From: Dicyema japonicum
Taxonomy: Eukaryota; Animalia; Dicyemida
Direction of reading: 5' to 3'
Length of the DNA stretch: 64,000 nt
Assembly: GCA_011109175.1 (NCBI GenBank)
Contig: RDEW01000060.1
Coordinates: 47,949 to 111,948 of the forward strand
Below, piece by piece: positions 25,990-39,859 of this stretch. A program made the position numbers and the translations under genes. Position 1 is the stretch's first letter, and each line of letters starts with the position of its first letter. Below the pieces are notes generated by a model. It saw nothing but the letters and a program-made list of their open reading frames with translations. It ran no database searches and was not told where the DNA came from.

Positions 25990-27559
25990 TACTAATTTGT
26001 CAAACCGTCTACAATTTATTTGAATTTATATAATTATTAATTATTTGAATTACAGTCGACATTCTAAAATCTAAAAAATTTTTAATTTTGTTTAAATCCC
26101 TGATGTTTTCGAAATTATGATATAGGGAAAATGAAAAAAACGATATAGGGAAAATGATAAAAAAAATAGAAAAGTTATAATCTCATTAAAACTACAACAG
26201 GACGTGGTGTAGTGCAAAATTACGGAACAAAAGGCGGCATGTTAGCATCTAAAGAGATATTTCGCTGAGTTTTAATGACCGATTTGCTTGATCTGTTTTA
26301 TTTCGAAAGTTATAGAAAACCGTCGGAATCAAAGCACAGGAGATTGTTTTAGAGAACTGACGAAGGCGATTCAAAATTCACAAGTAAAAAAGAATATCAT
26401 TGGAAAAAAATGGCTGAAACCCTAAAGAAAAGAGATGTGAGTGTTACCGTGGACAGTTTATTTTCTAACCATTTGCAGTGGAAATATCAGGACTCATAGG
26501 AAGCAGATCCCTGACGTTCCTGAATTGGATCTCAAAAACGATATAGGGAAAATGATAAAAAAGAAAAAAACTGGTCCATTGACCGCACTTCTATATAGGT
26601 CGTATTGGACAGTTCTTGTTATTTGGTTTCCAAGGATGGTATGGAACTGTGGAAGGAGATAAATTTTTGGATCTACTGGATAAACCTGAAGCTTTACAAT
26701 AAAATGACAGATTGAATTTAAAATCCAACATATTATCAGCATATGAGAGGGATCAGGGTGGATATGAAATATTTTGTGTCACATGTGGTCACGTGAGAGG
26801 TAAGTGAGGTTTCTCAACCGAGACATATGGTGACTCACTATAATAACCCCGACTGAAGATCCAAATCTTATTAATTAGTTTTTCATCTCTTTCTACCTTT
26901 AACACACACTTAAGGAGTAATTAACTGACGTTTAAATTAATCGTTAGAAAGGGGCAAAAATACTCTCAATTTCTTTCTTTTGGTTGCAAGTGAGAAAATC
27001 CGTTCTGTAGTGAGGGATCACTAATATCTATATAAATCGTCAATTAAGGAAGCCTGTAGATGCATGGAACCTTAAGCGGAGTGATTAGCTGCTGAGATGA
27101 ACCGGAAAGAATCTGATTTTCTGATGTAATTATGAATTATGAGATCGACCAAACGGAATATCTTGAAAAATGTATTTATTTAATTCCAAGAATCATCACC
27201 GAATTAAGGAAATGGAAACGTATCCATTAAGTGATCTTGGCCATTATCAGGAATCATCTGATCTTCGCTCTATGTTCTTCACGGTATCCCACGAATCATG
27301 TAGGTTCGCACTACTAATAGGGCTTCACGTAAGATTAAAAACATTCCTATTATCCTCACTGTGATCTCGAAAAGAGTAAAGTTAACAAAAGGTGACGAAA
27401 ACTTATTAAGAGTTCAAATTAGTGACGAGTAGAAGTTTTCAATTATCTTACATATTTGCTAAATTTGATGGATCACCAGCGCTTTTTTGTTATCTAAAGC
27501 TATTTGAATATTATAGGTGATGCTACAAAATAGGAAAAAATAAAAAAAAAAGTCAATAA

Positions 27560-27945
27560 ATCATATTAATTCACCATAGCATGTCCAACAAGAGCATAGG
27601 AATTTAGTGATTGACTTAGAAGTTCTTGACACAACTCTCTCTTCGGCCTCTGAGAGACATAGCAATCCATGTTTAGAGTTTGCTTGTGTTATCCAATGTA
27701 TCAAAAATCTTTTGTATGTCAGTTAAGAATACAACGGACTTTTGATGCCCTTATTTGAATTTCAGGCCATCCGAGATAAAATTTGAAAACGAGTGAGTTG
27801 AATTGGAGAAGCACTTCTTGAATCTGTGTTGAATTGTGTCGCTGGAAGGTACTGACGAATAAGATCTAGATCAAGTTTGTCCAGTATTTTTGCATCAGAA
27901 CAAAAAAGTAATACAGGTCTGTAAGATGATGGGATGCCCTATGGT
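27560..27945 (-). mobile_element. Decayed LINE RT fragment
   Basis: PSSYRPV and VFLTDIQKIFDTLD (DxxKAFD-like) in shifted frames. Confidence 0.55.
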
Positions 27946-27974
27946 CTTATAGGTTTTTAATTAAATTAAATTTA

Positions 27975-28260
27975 TTTTCCCCGGATACACCGAGAAAAAA
28001 GTTAAAGTAATCAACTTAAGTGTATCCAGATCCACTTCTACAGAAACATAGTCCATCCTGAATCAGTATAAAAGGAAAAGACGCACATCCTTGCATTTGT
28101 GGAAACCCCTTCAGTCAGTGGTGGTGAGCTAATGATTCTTTTCGTGCTGGCCAGGTACTGGGACACCTGGACAGGTGGATCACATGACACTATTCTAATA
28201 GGAAGAGAGAAGAGAAAGAGACAAACAAACATAAAACTTAAACTAATTAGTCACGCAGCA
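27975..28260 (-). pseudogene. 5' fragment of an unidentified secreted/surface protein family (paralogous to 4340-4540 +, 35550-35830 -, 61530-61970 +)
   Basis: Signal-peptide-like FVCLFLFSLPIRIVSC then IISSPPLTEGVSTNARMCVFSFYTDSGWTM, weakly like a CUB-domain start. Confidence 0.35.
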
Positions 28261-31200
28261 CCACATGGCGTAATTTTTCATAGTAAAATGGTTATGTCAC
28301 AAAAGAGGTTTTATTTGTATGATTATAACTTAATGTTTTTTTTAATTAAAAAATAAATAATAAATTTATAAATTAAAAAAATTAATTATATGTATGGTTG
28401 TATGTGTAGGACGTGTAGTTTGATTCTTAAATTCACAACGAAAGCTTATCTACATCAAGGATTGTAAATTTGTGTGATAAATAATACTAAATGGAGGGAT
28501 TGAATAGATTTACTTAAAGGGTATTAGTTTTTATTATTTTTAGATATTTAAAAAATTCGGAGTTCATGACTTTTTAGTTGACTCACGAGATTAACACGTC
28601 CGTCTTAAATTCGGCTTCTACTTTATTAAGAGTTTACTGAGAACAATAGTGAGGACTTAAGAACTGTGGAAATTTACAATCCTAGTCTTCTAGAAGAGAA
28701 TGTACTAAATGAAACGAAAATTTATGATAAATACATAAAATCCTAATTCAAATGGTCCATATCACTTTGCTAATGGACATACTTTTCACTTGGGACAAAA
28801 ATCCAATGTATGCCTTTTAAATTAAAATTTAGCCTAACTTTCCATCTAAAATTATTGAAATTTGTTACTGGTTTGTTATCTGCCTGCTAGAGCAATTGCT
28901 TTCCATTTTAAACTCCCTCTATTAGTTACTGGATAACAGACCTCCTTGTTGGACTTCTGTATTTGGGTTTGGATAACGACAAGTATTATTTTTAAATAAC
29001 TAAGTAAACTCTTTGTTTTAAATGTCACAAACTATGGAAGTTTGTCCTTAGTCCTTTACATTCTATTAACTAATGATGGCTGTAAACTTGTCGCCGGCAT
29101 CTTTAATGGGAATTTTATGCTTGGAAATGTCCTCGTGAATCTTTGATTGAAAACTATATATTAAGAAGAAACAAAAATTAGGATATTTGCACACATTTTG
29201 ATGTTGTATGGAAAACTTGTGTGATTTCTTTTATATTGTGATATCCATGTTGCTGAATGTTGTATCAAATGACCAACTTGACCATGTTGTGCCTTGATAA
29301 TTTATTGATGGAGGTATTACAATTATGAATTCAAAGACAGGAAAGCGGATTCGATGAGTATGACTGATGGATGCTAGGATATAACAGATTGACTGTTGAA
29401 ATAATGTCAATGGATACGTTGTTTTCGTGTTGAAATTATGTATTTTAAGATTTTAATTAAAAGGTTACTCCGTTTGTGATATCATTTCTAACAAATTCTT
29501 TCCTATTCACTTTTATAGGGGTTTCCTATCAGTAACGACAATAGTCAATCGAAACTGTGAGCTCACCATTGAGATACGACTACTCTTCGAAATATGGCAA
29601 AAAGTAAAATCATTCAATGAATTAATAAAAGAATGTAAATAATTTTTATGCTGTTCCACTATAGCTGTTTTAAAAATATAAAAATTAATTTTTTTTGTTG
29701 TTATGATTGACCAAGTGTCGTTGTTGAAAGAAAACCTTATATAAATCGAGTTTTTTATTTTGAATATCTTAGAGACTCAAAAGATTAAAGCATACAATTG
29801 TTCAATTATATTAGCAGTGTTGGATGGTTGTAGACTTCAGTTTGTTGGAAGTTATTTATTGTAAGAAAATAATGGTATTAATTTGACTATAGAATCCACT
29901 TGATTTTGTAGGTCCCGTTTCTGGCAGATTCGGGTGGTTATAATGTATCATATTTTTAATCAGACTGTACCTACTTGGTCGTAGGACTTCTTACTCCTTT
30001 GTTCACCAAACATTTCTTCAATTCCTAATAGGCGTCATAAAATCTACCTAACACATGAAATGCCCTGTGACTGGCCAGCACCCAGAAGGGATTTTTCTCT
30101 TCACTAATATAGTAGTGAAGTCCCCAAAATGGTAAATATGGAAGGGGATAATGCTTGGAATTTTGACGGGGGAACTGAATAAAACCTTCAGGTATACTGG
30201 GGGTTATTAAAAATAACTGTAAATATTCTTGAAATCAATCCCATTATCCATATCCAGGAATATATTCATTCTAAATTGGTAAATCAGCAATAAGAGACTC
30301 AAATTGGCTTAAAACTAGTCTTCAAATAACAAATTAACTCAGTACCCACGATGTGAGTGAGAGCATTCTCTTGAATAATCTATTACATCCATATCCGCTA
30401 CTCTTGGAACCTCTCTTGTGAGGTAAAGAGTCAGCCACTGACCGTCTTCTTGGATAAGATGATTACATGATAAATTTATTTCGCTTTGAGGGCCACATTT
30501 GTAATTACATCTTTTTTGGATACAATTTTTGATATGTTGGGCTCAGCTATTCGTGTAATTCCGAGTTTATTAAAGTGACAAAAATTCATATGCTTTCATC
30601 TGCCTTTGAACATTAGTATAAAAAGTGATGTGAATAAGGAAAATTGATGTTCAAAAAACGAGAAATCATTAAATCTCACTTGAAATTCTTTTAAAAACGA
30701 TTCTAGTTGTTTTTCATAGTGTGGAAAATTCATTACAGTATGTGCTCCAATAGTACTCCTGAGGTCTTTGAAAGTCACATTTGATACCTGAGAATTAAAT
30801 AATTTAATTCTCAAAATAAACCTCTTAATGTGACTAGACAACTGAGTTATGAGCATGTCTTTGCCCGAAAACACAAATTAGGGTCGTTCACATGTGATGT
30901 AGTAACCACTGAAAATGCCAAATCACATTTTCCATCCTGCTTTGTTGTAACACATTTATAATCAACATGTTTTGCGTTCATGTCCCCAACCAAAATTGGA
31001 TTCACATTTTCGTTAAAAAATTTCTCAATGATCCAAGGGTACTCACGTAAGCTTTTAGAATAAATTCCTCCAACTGTCATTCATCCAATATTCATTTGTA
31101 TTTGCACACTGACTAATTCACATACATCTTCTTTAATAATTCTTGGTCTCTTCATATTCAAATTAGATTTATAATAAATCGAAGTTCAGAAATAGAACCC

Positions 31201-31308
31201 TTCTTCCACGGAATATCAATTGATGAAAATCCATTAAGTTTAAAAGAACTTCCCTTCTTGATCTTCGTCTCATTTACTATCAAAACATCCTATATCGCTA
31301 TATCGGGG

Positions 31309-33340
31309 CCAAACCAAACCAAAACCAAACCAAATTTATTCCAAAGTAAGTAAGTAAGGAGTTAGTTTAAGGATATTTAAACGTGTCCGCCTATGCAACC
31401 TGAACACTTCCGATGTATCCACACTCCATTTAGTTATCTTCTATCGTCGGATCCCATTGATTCTTTTCTCTACGATGTTTTTAACAGGAGTTAGAATCAT
31501 GTTTTTTTCAGTGCTGAGAGCATCCCAGAGCCTTTTCCCTAAAGCCAACTTTATTGCCGACCTTCTTGTTTTTTTTCCATAAGAAACATTATTCTTTCTC
31601 TTTGGCAATAGAAAAACTATGCTTCGCATCCATATAGCAGTTCCGGTAGGATGATCCTCATGAAGATGAACAAGAAGGTTTCCAGGCTTACAAGCAACTT
31701 TTTCGTACATAAGAGTGCTTGAAGCGCCTTCTTCCTTCTTCGTTTTATGTCCTTCATAAAGGAACCATTTCCATCGATTGCTATCCCGAGGTAGCGCATT
31801 GAGTTTACATTAGCAAACTCTAATGAGTAAGGCTTCTTCTGATGCCTCCTTAGGCGACTTACTCGTAGAGAGCTGGATTTCTCCGTAGATAATCTCATCA
31901 ATCTTTTTGTGCATCAGTCCTGAACTTGTCTAATGAATGACACGATCCTTTTCTCCGAAAGAGTTGATTTGCCAGATGTATCTGTGATCAGAGTATCATC
32001 GGCGTATATCAATAGTTTTGTGTTTATATCCGGTGGAGTTAGAAAATCTGATAGGAATATGTTGAATAGCAGAGGGCTCAGGACGGAACAATGTGGAACT
32101 CCCCTCTTCAGTATGATGTCTTTCGACATATGTGCTCCAACACGTACTTGGGAATTCCGTCCTGTTAGGAAATCCCTTTCCATATGAGAAGTTTCTTTTG
32201 GATCTGAGCAGCTGCTAGCCTTGATAGAAGTGCTTCATGCCACACACTATCGAAATCCTTGGATAGATCCAAACATACCAGGTTGACTAGTCTTTTGACT
32301 TCCAGACCTCTCAATACCGTTGAATGCATCTGGTAGATAAAGTCCGTGCATGATTTTACTGGTTTGAAGCCCCATTGTTCTGCAAGGAGAAAACCACTCT
32401 TTTCTATGTGGTCGTTAAGCCTTCTGAAAATAATTCGTTCCATAATCTTGGAGATCGAACAGATGAGGCTTATTGGCCTATAGCTGAGAGGGTCCCTCCT
32501 CGATTTTCCCGGTTTCAGTATCATTCTGACAATGGAAGATTTCCAGCGTCTTGGGACATGACCATGATGAATGCTTGCATTGAATAAATTCTTCAGTATG
32601 GGAAATAGAGCCTCTGGGGCTTCCTTGAACAATCTCATGCTTAGATGGTCAAGTCCAGGAATGTTAGCCTTGCATTTCATGATTGCAGTCATGACTTCAT
32701 GCGTAGTTATTTTCATTTCAGTGTCTTTAAGATCGTCCAAACAGTAGGTTAAAATTTCACGTGAAAAATCTAACGTCTCCCTTGGAATGAGCTCCGTCGG
32801 GTTGACCCCCTGAATACGGTCAAGTTGTTTCTTAAAAATATCTGGGGCTTCTTCCATAGAACACAGTCCACTTTCTGGCTTGGTCAAGGAGATTTTTATG
32901 TCATTCCTTTTCTGGCTAGTTATTCTTTTGTAGAACTTCCAGAACGAGGGGTCTTTGGTGTTTAGTTTGCTTGCCTCTACCCTCAAACATTGTTCTTAAG
33001 ATAGTCTTATTCCTTCTTCAATGGCTTTCTTGGTTATCTTCAATTGTCCGGTTAGTGCAATCCGGTCTATCCAGTCCACACATCTTCTGAGTTTAGTTAT
33101 CAGGCGATTCCTTGCATTGATCAAAGATAATGTATAAATCGAAAGACTGATGCTCTTTCCATGATTAGTACTCGAGGATCTTTTTCTTGCGTAAAGCATT
33201 AAGTATGTCTCCATCATGATAGAGAGTTCATTGTCTATGATGTCGATATCACTTCGGGAATAATCTTTAATCTTTCAGTGTTTTATATTTATTGATATGT
33301 ACCTTCTGTAGTGTTCCCAGTTTATTCTTCTTAGGTCGTA
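31309..33340 (-). mobile_element. Jockey/I-group-like LINE RT remnant (duplicate of 7040-9044)
   Basis: ORFs 32165-32986 (SYRPISL, DLSKDFDSVWH) and 31914-32183 (YADD); (CCAAA)n tail at 31309-31333. Confidence 0.92.
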
Positions 33341-33529
33341 ACCTAAAACAATTCTAAACGCTTCTGCCAAAGTTTTAACGCTAACTTAACTAAATAACTC
33401 GAGATTAATCTGGCCGTTTTAGAATAAAATTGTTTCCCAGAGCTGCAAACGCTTCGTAAAAAGATATTGGGAAAAAGTGTTTTTTTATTAATTTAAAAAT
33501 AAGATCTTGTAAAAATTATTCATCTCTAA

Positions 33530-34935
33530 TTATCTTTTTTGATTCGTTTCATATATGTTTTTTTATTTCCATCGGTCATCTGTATTCAGACAATATTGTG
33601 AGTTCCATAATCATTCAAGATGGATTAGAAAAAAGATGGATTAGTTCCATAATCTTTCATAACTCTGACCTTTTTACAAAAATTAATAGAAATACCTTAT
33701 CACCAGTTTTAAATAAATATTTGCATTGATGTACACCCATTTTTTATTCATTTTCTTAAAATATGGTGAATCCAATTTTTGTGGATTGGATTGAAATTAA
33801 AACGACGTTTCTTCAAATCCATATTATCTAAAAGAAACCCTTTTTGGGTGAAATAACACGGGCTGAAAGCATGACTTTCTTGATTGGAAGCATGACTATC
33901 ATCGCAATTTTCATCAATTAATGATCCTTCACAATCTGAAAAATTAAATAAATCTCATTGAAACCAAACCTATATCTGTAATAATCTTATCGACTACTGT
34001 GTTTTCTCATAAGATGTTGTTGAATCCATTAATTCCTCGATACTTCTAAAATGGAGTATTGCCTCAAAAATAATTTAATAAAAAGTTACCTGTTGATGTA
34101 TGGGTATACAGATTATAAAAATAAACTGCTTCTTTTATGTGTTCAGTCCAACAATTATCTTCGGACATCATCTTAGATAGTGATCTTGTGATTGTTTGCT
34201 TAAAACGTTTGATAATCGCTTGACTCCTTGGATTGTTAGGCCTACTATGAATTTGTTGGACTTTGAAGCGGTCACATAATGCTTTTACATTGGAATTTTC
34301 AAATTCTGTCCCATTATCCGATTGTAAGAATCGGCATGGTCCATAATCCAAAAAGATTTCTTTGAGGTTTTCGGCCACTTCATATCCACTCTTACATTTC
34401 ATATTTCTTGTGAAGGCATATTTAGAATGTATATTAATTACAGTAAGAAGCCATTTGAAAGAATCATTGTTTTTATTAAACCTTGAATTTATTTAATAAC
34501 AAAGTCTTACCTTTTTAGATCAACCATGTCTTTGAAATCTTTCATTCGGCTGAGTAGCTATAATTTGATTTTCAGGATCCATTTGCTTCAGTGGAGTCGG
34601 AAAACGACGAATATCACATTCTGACACCATTTTTCGAATAATTTCTCGTTTCACGAAAAAATATCTTTCATTGCAATATTGCTCCAATGTGTTGTGTCCA
34701 CAATGGGTCAATTGATAAATTTGCGTGGAAACTAATTCCATCTCTTAATAATTATCTAGGAGATGACAATTTTGTGGTTTCCATTAGTGTCTTCGAGGTA
34801 TTACCTCCCATTGATAGATAAAAAATTTTTTGCCTTTTGAGTTAATCGAAATTTTTTTTGTCTCTTATTAGATCGATCCCTTTCTGTTCCAATAATTTCA
34901 TTATATCATGATATTCCTGGGTTGTTTTAACAAAA
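33530..34935 (-). pseudogene. Intron-containing rve integrase (duplicate of 5426-6860)
   Basis: ORFs 34520-34741 and 34064-34402; intact 29-nt GT-AG intron 34482-34510 joins DLKR|FNKNNDSFKWLLTV. Confidence 0.88.
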
Positions 34936-36099
34936 CACAGCGTCATCAGATTAACTTAATTAAACACGTTTGTATTATGTTATTTAAATTTTAAAAACTG
35001 TTTCACCTTCCAAAAATATTTAAACAGTTTCTTAGTTCCAGAAGAACCACATAAAATTTTAATTATATGAAAAAAAACAAAATGATTTTTTGTATTTTAT
35101 AGGTATTAAATCGAACCTCAATTATGTTTTTAGCGGGCCGTATGTTTGACACTCCTGTGATAGGGGATTTCAAAAGGAAAATAACTGATAGGAATCCTAC
35201 CACCAAGTAGCTCATGCAAGTTGACAGTTCATCCATCACCATAGGAAGCTGAGAAATGGCCAGGGTTTCTTACGTTTCTTCAAGGGGGTAGGATAGCGAT
35301 TCATAAATGAGTGAGTCATAGAAGAATTGGGCATAAAGATAGGCAATGCAAAGAATTCCTCTGCAGACATGAAAGAATGCACTTCTGTAAGGCAGATCAT
35401 TCGCTGGTGGAACATTTAAGTAGAGTCGGGTGCTATTTTGAGACAGGGATGACATAAAAGTAGGTTTAACTATTCTTCTATGTGGTCAAGGGGTTTCAAA
35501 TAAATAACATAAAAACTCTGAAAGTTTCACAAAAATTAATTTATTAACTCCGGATACACCGAGAATGAAGTAAAGCAAACAACAAATTATGTGTATACAG
35601 TTTCCACTTCTACAGAAAGAGTCCAGCTGGAATCAGCATAAAAAGTAAAAGACGTCCATATTTGCAGTTGTGAAAACTCCTCCAGTGGAGTGGGGAACAG
35701 CAAATTATCTTTTTTCGTGCCAGCCAGAAACTAGGCGCCACCTAGACAGGTGGATCACATGACGCACTATAATAGAAGCAAGAGGAGGAACAGAAAAACA
35801 AACAGAAAACTTCAAACAGTTAGCCACGCAGCACCAGAAAGTGCCACGCAGCGAAATGATAACTCATCTTCTTGAATATAAGAAATATTAGGGAAGAACC
35901 ATAAGACGCACAAAAATAGAATTTTTAGAAACCAACCTTACTCAAAAAGTATAAAATAAATATAAAAATAATCATAAAAAATAGAAACCAACCTTACTCA
36001 AAAAGTATAAAATAAATAACAAAAAATATAAAAAAGAATAAACATAAAAAAATAAATAAATAAGTAAAATAATGTAATAGTAGTACAGTTACGAAGAGA

Positions 36100-36693
36100 T
36101 ATTTAATGGTGTAAAATCAAAAATATTTATTACGGCGGATAAACTAAATGAAGGAAAATATATTATTTATAATTTTTATGTTTGTGTTGGACATGAAGGA
36201 GATAAATGTGTTTTACTTGAAAAGCAATTTAAACAAATTAAAATGGGAGGATATTATCAATGTGCATTCATCTCACAAAACTATAAAAATGTGACTATCG
36301 AAATTTCATCTCTTAAATTACAATTTTTCCGCAATGATCTGAGTTTTGAATTTATTGGAGATGGTAAATAAATCCGGCTGAATTTTAGATGAAGGATGCT
36401 TTGAAGAACCAACATCGAATGAAATTAAAGACAAAAAAACCATATTTAAACATCGTAATAAAACCGACTAAATTTTAGATGAAATAAGTTTTGAAGAATT
36501 AATATCTTCTGAAAGTATATTTGTAAAAAAACTGACGAAACATCAAATAATTGGAATCGTATGTGGAGTTGTCGGACTACTGTTGTCATTGATTCTATTT
36601 ATAATACTTACTGCAATCATTGCCAATATTTATATCAAAATGAAATCCCGTAAAGAATCACTCTTCACTGAGCCATTCCTTAAGTTAAGCTAA
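36100..36693 (+). pseudogene. 3' half of LAMP-like gene, long-TM variant
   Basis: KMGGYYQC...LKLQFF, two micro-introns, TM IIGIVCGVVGLLLSLILFIILTAIIANIYI, tail KMKSRKESLFTEPFLKLS; 5' half absent. Confidence 0.7.
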
Positions 36694-39185
36694 TTATGAT
36701 TCTCTTTCGGTTAAATTGGGTTAATGGTTTAATTTATTTAAATAATCACTTATCAATTCTTATGATGGCAGCTGAGATTAATCAATTATCGTGGTCCACG
36801 GCCAGATATTTTCTTTAACTTGATTCCTGTTCCCTTACTTGATTCGATTTCATAAAATTTTTTTTACATTAATATACAAAATTAAAATTAGACTTTATAA
36901 ATTTCATAGGACGTTATTCTCTTTTAATCTACTATTTTTAAGATAATATTTCAAATGAAACGAATGGTTATTTAGTAGCTTGATAGAGCTGCTAATAATA
37001 TAGGCTTAGTAGACTTTTTCATGCTGCACACTTGGCGTAAATAAGATTTCCAGCTGCAAACCTTAAAATTTATTTTTAAGAAGTTGAAATTATTTAGAAG
37101 TAATGTGCTGAATTGGTTGAAGTGGTGACGATATCTCTATATGAATTTTTGTCACTTTAATAAACTCAGAAATACACGAATAGCTGAGCCCAACATATCA
37201 AAAATTGATCCAAAAAAGATGTAATTACAAATGTGGCCCTCAAAGCGAAATAAATTTGACACCCATACCCTATCATGTAATCATCTTATCCAAGGAGACG
37301 GTCAGTGGCTAACTCTTTACCTCACAAGAGAGGTTCCAAGAGTAGCGGATATGGATGTAATAGATTATTCAAAAGATTGCTCTCATTCACATCGTGAATA
37401 CTGAGTTAATTTGTTATTTGATGACTAGATAAAGCCGATTTGAGTTTCTAATTGCTGATTTACCNAAATTTGACACCCATACCCTATCATGTAATCATCT
37501 TATCCAAGGAGACGGTCATTGCCTGACGCTTTACCTCACAAGAGAGGTTCCAAGAGTAGCGGATATGGATGTAATAGATTATTCAAAAGATTGCTCTCAT
37601 TCACATCGTGAATACTGAGTTAATTTGTTATTTGATGAATAGATAAAGCCGATTTGAGTCTCTTATTGCTGATTTACCAATTTAGAATGAATATATTCCT
37701 TGGATATGGATAATGGGATTGATTCCAAGAATATTTATGATTATAGATTTAATTCACTCAGATTGATAAAAACCGAACAATCAATAGCGACAAGGAATAG
37801 ATGAACGCTTCAATCAAACTGTTGCTATAAGTCTATATAAAATGAGGCTTTTGGAAGATGCGAATAATGGATAAAATGGTATGGAACCATATTTGCTGAA
37901 AGTAATCAGAGCGTCTGCAATTGCTATGCGACATCACTTCATATTACAAACAATTGACCTCTGCTCCTTTTTTTGTCTGTCATTCAAAAAGCGGCAAAAA
38001 AGTTCAAAGTTGTTATTCAAATTCGTCCGCTTACCTACCTAGTGAACATCGAACTTATAATTACCTTTTATTGTGGATATAAAAATGAATATCCGGTTTC
38101 GTTGGTCTCAATTTTTCTACAAAATATTTTAATGCATTCTGATGAGACGGATGTTGATGAACTAACCCTTCCTGGCTTAACCGTTTAAGTAACACAAAAC
38201 TCACAGGTCAGACCATACGTTGTTAGATCTCTAACCGTTCACAAGATCCAGTAACCAGAATTGTCATGTAATTGATGGTAATGTCTGCTTTATCTACTTG
38301 TTTGTGGTAATATGACCCCAATAGTACAGTTAGACTTACTGTGTTAGAATCAATGTCTATTAGCTAAACCAAAGTCTTGGTAGTTGTGGATGAAACTCCA
38401 GATCGCAGTAATGTAGTAAAAAAAGTCATCATTTAACTTGATTGGGTTCTGAAATTGAATGACTTGATTTATTAAAGCATGGAGTGACTGATGGATGTGG
38501 TTTCTTTTTCTTACATAATAAAAATGTTAGGGAAGTCTGTGGAAGCAAATGTTAGTAGACGGACTAAAGCTCTTCGTATCATTTAATGTTCTCTATCTCA
38601 GCTTTCGCGATGAGGCAAAAACATGATGTTTCTTCACACGCGAACAGAGCCGTTGATTATATTTTGAAGATCCATAATTATGTATTCGTCAGCTAAAAAC
38701 ATGCTTCTTTACCACTTTCAGTGATTTTGGTAAATTTTATCCAAGAAAACTGATAAAATTAAGGCGACTATTCAAGCCGATAAAAATATGCTTTCTAATG
38801 TAAAACAGGAAATATCTGACAAAATCGTTATATTCAGAGGGAAGCATCAAGTCAACAAGTTACAGTAACAGCTATAGGACTATAGTTAATATATTTATGT
38901 ATATTGGTAACAATGCATTAATCATTCCTTGTGTATAGGGTTGTTAGCGATTTAATGGTTATTTTCTTAGTAATCAGCAGAGTTTTTCATTTAATTGACC
39001 GGGAGTTAATAGGTAATAATTTTTGTTACTTATAAGTGGAGTTTACAAGAATTCATCGCTAAAAAAATAAAAAAATTATAGACCGATTTAATTTTTTCAA
39101 ACCATAAGCGTACACTCCCAGAGATCTGTCATGTGGACCTGATGTGATGCAGAACTTGAAAACAGCACGAGTTTCCTGGTCTCGT

Positions 39186-39590
39186 CTATTATTATTAATG
39201 CAACACACGTTAACCATAACACCCATAGTATTACCAATTCGCCTAAAAAATGATCAAATTAACTATGGGTTACTCCTTTCACCGTCGTGTGGAACCACTC
39301 TCAAACCCCCTTGGTGTTCTCGCGTCTTAATTTTCTTTTGATGTACTTGAAGACTGATAGTTATCCCGTCCTCACTAACACGTAGGATGCCGCATGAAAT
39401 CAAGCGAGAGTGTTTGGCCCCCTCGTGAAATTTCGCAGTCCTTCGGATAGGAATGGTTCAAAAATCATAGACTCAAAAATAAGGCCGATAATCCTGTTGG
39501 CGGCTTCCTGGAGTTCGGTCAACTTCTTCATCAACCTCCCACGCCTTATGGGAACATTAAATCCAGCGTTATTCAAACATATTTTTAGTT
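39186..39590 (-). mobile_element. Probable LINE 3' end with (TAA)n tail
   Basis: MKKLTELQEAANRIIG resembles the post-RT LExxQxxAxRxI motif; tattattatta at ~39187; absent from the paralogous site near 12100. Confidence 0.45.
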
Positions 39591-39656
39591 TAATATTAAA
39601 AAATTAAAATAATTATTAATAAATTTTTAAAAAAATTTATTGATTTAAATACTTTA

Positions 39657-39859
39657 ATGACAAGTATGTTGTAGTAAATTAGGTTTGAGGGGGCAACCAA
39701 AGAGATCTTGCACGAGAAAAAAACCAAAAAAAGAAGCAAACTGCGACTCGTCCTGCAAATCAACAAGAAAATAATAAAGGACTTTCTTACCAAGAACGAC
39801 TCATTAGAAACTCCAAAATAATGCAAGAAAAGCAAGCTAAAAAATTGAATGACAAATGA
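39657..39859 (+). CDS. SERF: Small EDRK-rich factor, second intact copy
   Basis: Same structure, intron 39664-39689; differs by one synonymous and two amino-acid changes (T>A, D>N). Confidence 0.95.

Larger units (their letters stand above)
30222..36085. repeat. Inverted copy of 4150-10215
   Basis: Same nested elements in reverse; hAT left end GTTTGACACTCCTG at 35144-35157; right TIR deleted near 30472. Confidence 0.95.

Noticed and set aside
26360-26480. KKEYHWKKMAETLKKRDVSVTV, Myb/SANT-like
   Set aside because: Too short and broken to call.
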